Source: an uncultured Candidatus Entotheonella sp. (GTDB lineage Bacteria; Tectomicrobia; Entotheonellia; Entotheonellales; Entotheonellaceae). Taken from it: 64,000 nucleotides of DNA. Positions 57,287-64,000 of this stretch are shown here, one piece after another. A program made the translations under genes and the position numbers. The stretch lies in NCBI GenBank assembly GCA_965217185.1, contig OZ244252.1, positions 448,001 through 512,000 on the forward strand, written 5' to 3'. The notes under the pieces are model-generated. The model saw only the letters and a list, made by a program, of their open reading frames with translations. It was not told the DNA's origin and did not search any database. Every line of letters starts with the position of its first letter. The first letter of the stretch is position 1.

Positions 57287-57968
57287 ATGAGTGCGCTGAT
57301 ACTGTCGATCCTCCTGACGATAGCAGGACTCGGATTGTTTATTTTCACATGGGGGCTGCACCCGTTTGCCTGGGAACCAACACTGCATCCCCTATTGGGC
57401 TGGATTCTGTGTGGCCTGGGAGTACTTATCCCCGGAATAAGTTTTTGGTGGCTTGTCATTGAAGAAGAGGAGTGGGAGGTCTGGGGCATCTCGGCTGTTG
57501 TTGGATTGCTAGTGTTTCTTGTTGGCTGGTATCTGGAGTTTTTGTTGTTGCTCTTTCCGTACCTCTTGGGTGGACTTCTGTATCTGGCCAGTTTCATACT
57601 CGTTGGTCTCGGGGTTCGGGAGGCTTGGTGGGAATGGCAGGCTTGGAGAGTTTTGAATAAATGGCGGCATGGGGCTTCTGATTCGTTCGACCCGTTCGAC
57701 GATGCCGATGATTCTTCTCATGAACGTCAGCATGAGCAACGCGCCGATGATCCGCAGGATGAAGCTGTTGACCCGTTTAAGTGGGCCCGGAGCGTGCTAG
57801 GGATCACCCCTGATGCAACTAAACAAAGAAATTCATGACGCGTATAAAGAGCAGATAAGCCTGAATCACCCGGATAAGGTGTCTCATCTCAGCAAAGACT
57901 TACAGGACTTCGCGAAGCGCAGAACGCAAGACATTATTCGAGCCTGCGACCTGCTCAAGCATCGTTGA
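57287..57968 (+). pseudogene. Membrane protein with C-terminal J-domain (HPD), split by a frameshift at ~57825
   Basis: About four TM helices, then SVLGITPDATKQ; the shifted frame continues EIHDAYKEQISLNHPDKVSHLSKDLQDFAKRRTQDIIRACDLLKHR*. Confidence 0.75.
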
Positions 57969-58022
57969 ACGTTTTCCAATTGTTTTCCCCAACAGGTCGG
58001 GTGCCGATGGCAGAGGGCATGA

Positions 58023-58412
58023 ATGTCCGTAGAGAAGCTGCGAACGCGGTATCCAACGCCGAAAGCATCATCGTCTTCTGCGAAGGTGTTCTGGCTAAAC
58101 CGGAAGGAGACGACCCAGCGCCTCCTGGAAGCGATGAAGGCGCTGCAGGTACGTCACCCGGAGATTGAGCGCGCGGTGCTGTTCGGCTCTCTGCAGCGCG
58201 GCGACGCCGTTCCCGGCAGCGACGCCGACGTGCTGCTGGTGCTGCGCACGACCAATCTGCCGTTTTCCGAGCGCGCTGCCGCGTACCGTCCCGAGGGCAT
58301 TGGCGTCCCCGTCGATCTCTTCGTCTATACCCGCCCCGAATTGGACGGCATGCTGGCCGACGGCAACCGTTTCGTCAGCCGCGCGCTGGCGGAGGGCAGG
58401 GACCTGCTGTGA
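58023..58412 (+). CDS. Minimal nucleotidyltransferase (MNT), copy 2, preceded only by the 3' remnant of HEPN
   Basis: LFGSLQRGD...SDADVLLV intact; start uncertain. Confidence 0.75.
   Translation: MSVEKLRTRYPTPKASSSSAKVFWLNRKETTQRLLEAMKALQVRHPEIERAVLFGSLQRGDAVPGSDADVLLVLRTTNLPFSERAAAYRPEGIGVPVDLFVYTRPELDGMLADGNRFVSRALAEGRDLL
58046..58412 (+). repeat. 367-bp direct repeat, copy 2
   Basis: Aligns without gaps to 49590-49956. Confidence 0.92.
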
Positions 58413-58415
58413 GCC

Positions 58416-59168
58416 TCATCCCCGGCCGACAAACGGCATCTTCGTCGCCATCACCGTGATGAACTGAACGTTCGCGTCCAGCGGCAGCCCCGCCATGTAC
58501 ACCACGGCCTCGGCCACGTGCGCGGCGTTCATGGTCGGCTCCACCACCACCTCGCCGTGCGCCTGCAGCACGCCGCCCTGCATGCGCTGGGTCATCTCGG
58601 TGGCGGCGTTGCCGATGTCGATCTGACCGCAGGCGATGTTGTACTTGCGCCCGTCCAGCGAGGTGGCCTTGGTGAGGCCCGTCATGCCGTGCTTGGTGGA
58701 CGTGTAGGGCGCCGAGTTGGGCCGCGGCGTGGTGGCCGAGATGGAGCCGTTGTTGATAATGCGTCCGCCCATCGGGTCCTGGGCCTTCATCAGCTTGAAC
58801 GCTTCCTGGGTGCACAGGAAGGCGCCGGTGAGATTGATGTCCACTACCGTCTTCCACTGTTCGTAGGTGAGGTCTTCCAGCGGTATGGGCGGCGCGCCGG
58901 TGCCGGCGTTGTTGAACAGCACGTCCAGGCGCCCGAACGCCTGCTGGGTTTTGGCGAACAACGCCCGAATCGAGTCTGGATCGCTTACGTCGGTGGGAAC
59001 CGCTAGCGCCCGCGAGCCCGCTTCGCCGGATGCTTTCACCGTCTCCTCCAGGCGCTCGGCCCGCCGTCCGGCCAGCGCCACCGCGTATCCCGCCCGCAGC
59101 AACGCCAGCGCCGTTTCCCGGCCGATACCGCTCCCCGCGCCCGTAATGATTGCCACCTTGTCACTCAT
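58416..59168 (-). CDS. SDR family oxidoreductase
   Basis: [24 protein letters not shown]. Confidence 0.95.
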   Translation of the reverse strand: MSDKVAIITGAGSGIGRETALALLRAGYAVALAGRRAERLEETVKASGEAGSRALAVPTDVSDPDSIRALFAKTQQAFGRLDVLFNNAGTGAPPIPLEDLTYEQWKTVVDINLTGAFLCTQEAFKLMKAQDPMGGRIINNGSISATTPRPNSAPYTSTKHGMTGLTKATSLDGRKYNIACGQIDIGNAATEMTQRMQGGVLQAHGEVVVEPTMNAAHVAEAVVYMAGLPLDANVQFITVMATKMPFVGRG

Positions 59169-59300
59169 CTCTTACGTCTCCTTCGTTCGTTATCTGCGAT
59201 GAACATTTCGCAACCCGGCGCCCGCGACCTATGCCCCAGCCCCGGCTTCAACCGGTTTAGGCTATCGAATGCGCCCCGTTTGCGCCAGCGGAATTGCTAC

Positions 59301-59343
59301 ACCCTCTCCCTACCGAGGGAGAGGGGTGGGGTGAGGGGGAAAT
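59301..59343. repeat. REP-like palindrome
   Basis: ccctctccct-accg-agggagaggg followed by ggggtgagggggaaa. Confidence 0.7.
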
Positions 59344-59507
59344 ACAAAGTAAGAATACCGAATTGCCGCCCGGCTTTTCGCTTGACCCGGCGCTGCACCG
59401 CCTGCATAGTAGCGCGCGTTTCCACGACATTGGGCTTCACAGCCGAGGCGAGAATCCACGCCGTTCGGTCCCGGCGCGGGCCATGCGGCAACGAGGAGGA
59501 AGGCGAC

Positions 59508-60764
59508 ATGATACGAACGGGTTCGATAGTGTGCGGGATGCTGGCGCTGGTCGTGTTGCTGAGCGCCGGCACGGTCTTGGGCGACACGACGGACGTCAAG
59601 ACCTTGTCGACGGTGGTGATCGAGAAGAGCGGTGCCCACTGCCAGGACGATCCCAATTGCTTCAACCGCTACCATCCGGCCATCAAACCGGCGGCACGGG
59701 CCAAGCCGGGCCAGCAGATCGTTTTCGCAACGCGGGACGCCCTGGATACTGACCTGAATTTCGAGTCCACCGCCGATGACATGGCGGCGCTCGACCTGAA
59801 TCTCGTCCATCCCATGACCGGCCCCGCTTACATCGAAGGCGCCGAACGCGGCGACGTGCTGGCCGTGACGCTGGTGGACATCGAGCCCGATCAGTACGGC
59901 TACACCCTTATCGTGCCCGGCTTCGGGTTCCTGCGGGACAAATTTCCCGATCCGTTCATCGCCAACTGGCGTCTGACCCGCCTGGAAGCCACCTCTCCGC
60001 AGATCCCCGGCGTGGCGGTGCCGTTCAACGGCTTTATGGGATCGGTCGGCGTGCTGCCCGGTGAGCCCGAAATCGAGATGATCCTGGCGCGCGAGGGCGA
60101 ACTCGCCGAGGCCGGCGGCATCGCGCTGATGCCGCAACCCACCGGCGCCCTGCCGGCGGACGTCTGCGGCCCGGAGGGAACGCACAAGGATACCTGCCTG
60201 CGCACCATCCCGCCGCGCGAGAACGGCGGCAATATGGACATCAAGCAGATTCAGGTCGGCACCACGCTGCTGCTGCCGTGCTTCGTGGACGGCTGCGGCC
60301 TGTTCGTGGGCGACGTGCATTACGCGCAGGGCGACGGCGAGGTGTCCGGCACCGCCATCGAAATGGGCGCCCGCGTGACCGTGGTCACGGAAATCCGCAA
60401 AGGCATGGCTGCTTCCGTTTCGATGCCGCACTATGAAGGTGGCGCGCAGCTCAAGGCCATCGAGCCCTCCTCGTTCTACGCCACCACCGGCATCCCGATA
60501 AAGGCCGCCGGCGAGGTGCCGATCTACGAGACCTACCTCGATAGCCAAAAGATCGCCTCGCTGAGCAATCTGTCGGAGAACCTGACGCTGGCGGCGCGCA
60601 ACGCCCTGCTCGGAATCATCGACTACATGGTCGAACAGAAGGGCTTCACGGCGCAGCAGGCGTACATCATCTCCAGCGTAGCCGTCGATCTGCGCATCGG
60701 CCAGTTGGTTGACGTGCCGAACTACACGGTGTCGGCCATCCTGCCGCTGGACATCTTCAAGTAA
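59508..60764 (+). CDS. Acetamidase/formamidase family protein with signal peptide
   Basis: NRYHP, VHPMTGP, PGFGFL, RTIPPRENGGNMD, GDVHYAQGDGEV, LVDVPN; RBS GAGGAG. Confidence 0.92.
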   Translation: MIRTGSIVCGMLALVVLLSAGTVLGDTTDVKTLSTVVIEKSGAHCQDDPNCFNRYHPAIKPAARAKPGQQIVFATRDALDTDLNFESTADDMAALDLNLVHPMTGPAYIEGAERGDVLAVTLVDIEPDQYGYTLIVPGFGFLRDKFPDPFIANWRLTRLEATSPQIPGVAVPFNGFMGSVGVLPGEPEIEMILAREGELAEAGGIALMPQPTGALPADVCGPEGTHKDTCLRTIPPRENGGNMDIKQIQVGTTLLLPCFVDGCGLFVGDVHYAQGDGEVSGTAIEMGARVTVVTEIRKGMAASVSMPHYEGGAQLKAIEPSSFYATTGIPIKAAGEVPIYETYLDSQKIASLSNLSENLTLAARNALLGIIDYMVEQKGFTAQQAYIISSVAVDLRIGQLVDVPNYTVSAILPLDIFK

Positions 60765-60862
60765 AACCAGGCTCCGCACGGTAGGACGTGTGCGGACCGC
60801 AAAACGCGGGCCGGGTGCGAGGTTCACGCCTCCCGCCCGGCCCGTGCTGTTTGTGAGGCGAT

Positions 60863-61426
60863 ATGAGACGGAGACAGTTTCTGAATGCCGGGCTCATCGG
60901 CGCGTTGGGGTTGGTGAGCAGCGGCCACACGCCGTACCGGCAATGGATGGTTTACCGGCAGCGACACCTGCTGATTCTCACCGACCGCAGTGACCCGCCG
61001 TCCTATCCCCTGGGTAAGCGGATTGCCGCCGTCCTGGCTACCCACCTGCCCGCCAGCAAGGCCCGGGTGACCCGCGCGCCGTACACCGAACGCATCGCCA
61101 GCCTCATCAGCAGCAAGCAACTCGACGTGGCGTTGATGTCGCCGCCTGACGCGGTCGCACTGGCCGCCGGGCTGCCGCCGTTCGAGGCATACGGACCCGT
61201 CGCCCTGCGAACCCTCATCGCCCTCGACGGCTACCTGCTGGTTTGCCGCGACGACTTTCCCGCCCGTCACGCTTACGTCGTGACCAGAACCCTGGACCTG
61301 CACCGCGACGAGTTGCCACAGACGGCCGCGGCAGGTTCGGAGTCGCCCGCCGTCCCTCTGCATCCCGGCGCGCTCGCTTATTTTGAGGACGCACCACCGC
61401 CTGCCGAAACAGTCGTTGAGCCGTGA
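60863..61426 (+). CDS. Hypothetical exported protein (twin-Arg start; possibly TAXI/periplasmic-binding-like)
   Basis: MRRRQFL signal, GHTPYRQW, C-terminal VPLHPGALAYF. Confidence 0.6.
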   Translation: MRRRQFLNAGLIGALGLVSSGHTPYRQWMVYRQRHLLILTDRSDPPSYPLGKRIAAVLATHLPASKARVTRAPYTERIASLISSKQLDVALMSPPDAVALAAGLPPFEAYGPVALRTLIALDGYLLVCRDDFPARHAYVVTRTLDLHRDELPQTAAAGSESPAVPLHPGALAYFEDAPPPAETVVEP

Positions 61427-61485
61427 GCACAGGCGGGTTGAGGGCATCGCATGCGCTGGTCAATTCCAACCGGGAGGAATGATTA

Positions 61486-64000
61486 ATGCTGCAATTGACA
61501 CTGAGAGAGGAGTTTCGAGGACGCCGACTCAAGGGCACCGCGATCGATCTGGCTAATTCCACCAAGCAGGTCGCTGCGTCGGACTTTCTAGAGATCACTT
61601 ACCCCTCGGCGGACGCTCTTGCCTCGATCGAAGCCACGGGATCCGGGAGCGGTCGGCCTCTCGTGCTTATCGGTGAGCGCGGACAAGGTAAGTCACACCT
61701 CATGGCGATGCTGCATCACAGTTTCACTGATGCAGGGGCAACTCGAAATTGGCTGGTTACGTGGACGGATCGTCTCGGCAACTCGAAACTCGCCGAATTA
61801 CCGCTACGCGATGGGATGCACGTCATCAGTGAAAGTCTCCATCGCCAGAGCTACAAATTCCTGTGGGACCTGGTTTTCGAACGTCACCCCCATGGGGCGG
61901 AAGTTCGCGGGATGTGGAGGGGGCTTGGGGAAAAGAAGACCGATGTGCCGAGCTACGATCTCCTACTTGAACTTTTCGAGCATACGCCAACGGCCTTAGT
62001 CCTGGATGAGTTCCAGACGTGGTATGACGGTTTAATGGACACCAAACAGCATCCTTGGCGGGCATGGGCATTCAACTTCGTTCAGGTTCTCTCCGAAATT
62101 GCCAAAGAACGGCCCGATCTTCTTGTGCTCGTCGTCTCGGTGCGCAACGGAAACACCGATGCTTTTCAGCAGATCCAACGTGTCGGGCCGATTTTGGTCG
62201 ACTTCAAAGGTCCGACAGCCAAGCAAGACCGTCAGAAGCTACTCCTCCACCGTCTGTTCGTGAACCGCATGCAGATATCGGATGCGCACATTGAGACACT
62301 CATAGATGCCCATGTCTCGGAGGACCTACGGCTGCGGCAGATACCGTCGTCGGAGCACAGCCGTGTTTGGCGCGAGTTCGTCCAGAGTTGGCCGTTCGCC
62401 CCCCATCTGATGCAGCTCCTTGAGGATCAGGTTTTGGTGGCCACCCAGGCCCAGGAGACACGCGACCTCATTCGTATCGTCGCCGACCTGTTCAAGCGCC
62501 ACGGAAACAGCCCTGTCATCACCGCTGCCGATTTCCGACTCGACGATGAGAAGAGCGGGATCGCGGCCCTGCTCGACTCTGTGTCGAACCAACACCACGC
62601 CAACCTCCGCGAGAAAGCACAGCGCAACTTGTCCGCCGTTCTGAATGCTGTGAAGAGTCCCGACTGGGAAGTCCCGCATCTTCCGGGGATCGTTGGTGCG
62701 CTCTGGTTGCGCTCTCTCTCGGTCGGCAACATGGCTGGTGCCGAACCTGCAATGCTACAGGTCGATATCACCCGCGACAGGCCTATCGACGACAATGCTT
62801 TCCAGGCCGAATTGACGACGATTGTGGAAAACAGCTTCAACATTCACCAGGATGGCTCACGGCTGGTATTCCGCGAGGAAGAGAACCCACAGGCAAGGCT
62901 GATTGCTAGCGCCCGCAACGACAAGCTTTTCGACGATGGCTCCGACATCGACCAACTGGCCAAAGAGGTGCGCTATGTGATCAGTGGCCAGGAGGGCGTG
63001 TCCAAGGCGTTCCGGGTCGTCGTGCTGCCGGAGAACTGGTCTTTCGCGCCGTGGGACGCGTTCGAGCATGGCGACAAACCGGGAGGCTGGGACGAACGGT
63101 TGCCCCTGCTGGTGCTTCCCGTCAGCCCGGACGAGACAGGCTCGGCGTTGGGGCCGTGGCTCCGTGACCATTTGCAGACGCGCAGAAATGCCGTCCGGTT
63201 TCTGCTGCCCCAGGCGGGGAGCACGAACATCTATCAAGACCGCGATCTGTTGGTCCTCGCTCGTGCTGTGGTTCTGGCAGAACAGTGGAAAACGCAGAGC
63301 CCAGAGTATCGCAAACTGTTCGTCAAGTACGAGCGAGAGCTACGGGATATCCTCAGCAAACGGTTTGACCGCTTTGCCATACTTGATACGTGGAACTACC
63401 AGGAGCCGGCCAGATGTACGTTCCATGTCGAATCCCACAGGGAGCAAGGCGCGCAGATTCCGGCTGTTATTGACAAGCACATCCGCACCAATCTCTTCAT
63501 TCCCGAAGATTTCGAGGCGTTGGTGCGTGTCGCGTCGGGCAACAACGATTCGATAGGCAAGCTTCTGCGCGAGTTGCAGGAGCCCCGCCCGGGCGGGGAG
63601 CCCTGTATCCCATGGTTGGGGGAGACGCTGATGAAGGAGCGGATCATCCGTCTTTGTGCGCAGGGAGAGATCGCCATCAACGTGCGCGGCATGGAGCACT
63701 TGCAGATTAGGGCCGACGAGAGCGAGGAAACCGCCTGGATGCGGATGCGCGCCAAGCTCGGCACGGGGAAACACCTTGACGAGACTTACGTGCTTCGGCC
63801 CCAGGCGATGCCGCATGCCGAGGGCATGTCGGAGCCTCTGCCACGATCGGAGGGCGGCGCTTGTGAGGATTCCCCAGAATACGGCGAACAGACAACAGAG
63901 AACGAAAATGGCGCCGCGGGCAAAATGTCGCCGACGCCAGTCGGATCAGGCAGTATATTTGGCGATGACACCGAGCTCGTACCACACGTCTCCGGCGTCA
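61486..64000 (+). CDS. Large P-loop ATPase, probably DUF499 family; truncated by the right window edge
   Basis: GGAGGA RBS, ATG 61486 MLQLTLREEFRGRRLKGTAI; Walker A GERGQGKS; Walker B ALVLDEFQ; SWPFAP; QETRDLIR; no stop seen to 64000. Confidence 0.8.
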   Translation, partial: MLQLTLREEFRGRRLKGTAIDLANSTKQVAASDFLEITYPSADALASIEATGSGSGRPLVLIGERGQGKSHLMAMLHHSFTDAGATRNWLVTWTDRLGNSKLAELPLRDGMHVISESLHRQSYKFLWDLVFERHPHGAEVRGMWRGLGEKKTDVPSYDLLLELFEHTPTALVLDEFQTWYDGLMDTKQHPWRAWAFNFVQVLSEIAKERPDLLVLVVSVRNGNTDAFQQIQRVGPILVDFKGPTAKQDRQKLLLHRLFVNRMQISDAHIETLIDAHVSEDLRLRQIPSSEHSRVWREFVQSWPFAPHLMQLLEDQVLVATQAQETRDLIRIVADLFKRHGNSPVITAADFRLDDEKSGIAALLDSVSNQHHANLREKAQRNLSAVLNAVKSPDWEVPHLPGIVGALWLRSLSVGNMAGAEPAMLQVDITRDRPIDDNAFQAELTTIVENSFNIHQDGSRLVFREEENPQARLIASARNDKLFDDGSDIDQLAKEVRYVISGQEGVSKAFRVVVLPENWSFAPWDAFEHGDKPGGWDERLPLLVLPVSPDETGSALGPWLRDHLQTRRNAVRFLLPQAGSTNIYQDRDLLVLARAVVLAEQWKTQSPEYRKLFVKYERELRDILSKRFDRFAILDTWNYQEPARCTFHVESHREQGAQIPAVIDKHIRTNLFIPEDFEALVRVASGNNDSIGKLLRELQEPRPGGEPCIPWLGETLMKERIIRLCAQGEIAINVRGMEHLQIRADESEETAWMRMRAKLGTGKHLDETYVLRPQAMPHAEGMSEPLPRSEGGACEDSPEYGEQTTENENGAAGKMSPTPVGSGSIFGDDTELVPHVSGV

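Noticed and set aside
57965..58168. 67-aa ORF as an independent gene
   Set aside because: It is only the duplicated 3' end of HEPN (AVSNAESIIVFCEGVLA) without the conserved HEPN core.

Overview
GC-rich bacterial chromosomal window with no rRNA, tRNA, CRISPR array, integrase or transposase that I could recognise. The gene mix (several luciferase-like monooxygenases, Uma2, TRAP/ABC transporters, a giant CARDB-like repeat protein, many toxin-antitoxin modules) is suggestive of a sponge-symbiont-type genome, possibly Tectomicrobia/Entotheonella-like; that is inference only. 1-7040 is the 3' part of a giant Cys-paired CARDB-like/Ig-repeat surface protein gene with internal block duplications and three reading-frame lesions. 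7.5-49 kb is mostly ordinary metabolism and transport (dienelactone hydrolase, intradiol dioxygenase, korAB, acnA, DAHP synthase, sugar and peptide ABC components, cobS, leuCD-type dehydratase, molybdopterin oxidoreductase, TRAP, carotenoid oxygenase), sprinkled with REP/MITE-like elements and TA remnants. The most striking part is 49.2-58.4 kb: a HEPN-MNT pair followed by a tightly coupled TPR / HPD-less J-domain / extended GrpE / Hsp70 operon, a RelE-type toxin whose HTH antitoxin is fused to two copies of an unknown domain, and a frameshifted membrane J-protein with a canonical HPD. The whole cargo is bracketed by two diverged 367-bp direct copies of the MNT gene. The window ends in a probable DUF499-type P-loop ATPase that runs off the right edge and is absent from the ORF track. 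All family calls are from motif recognition by eye, not database searches.
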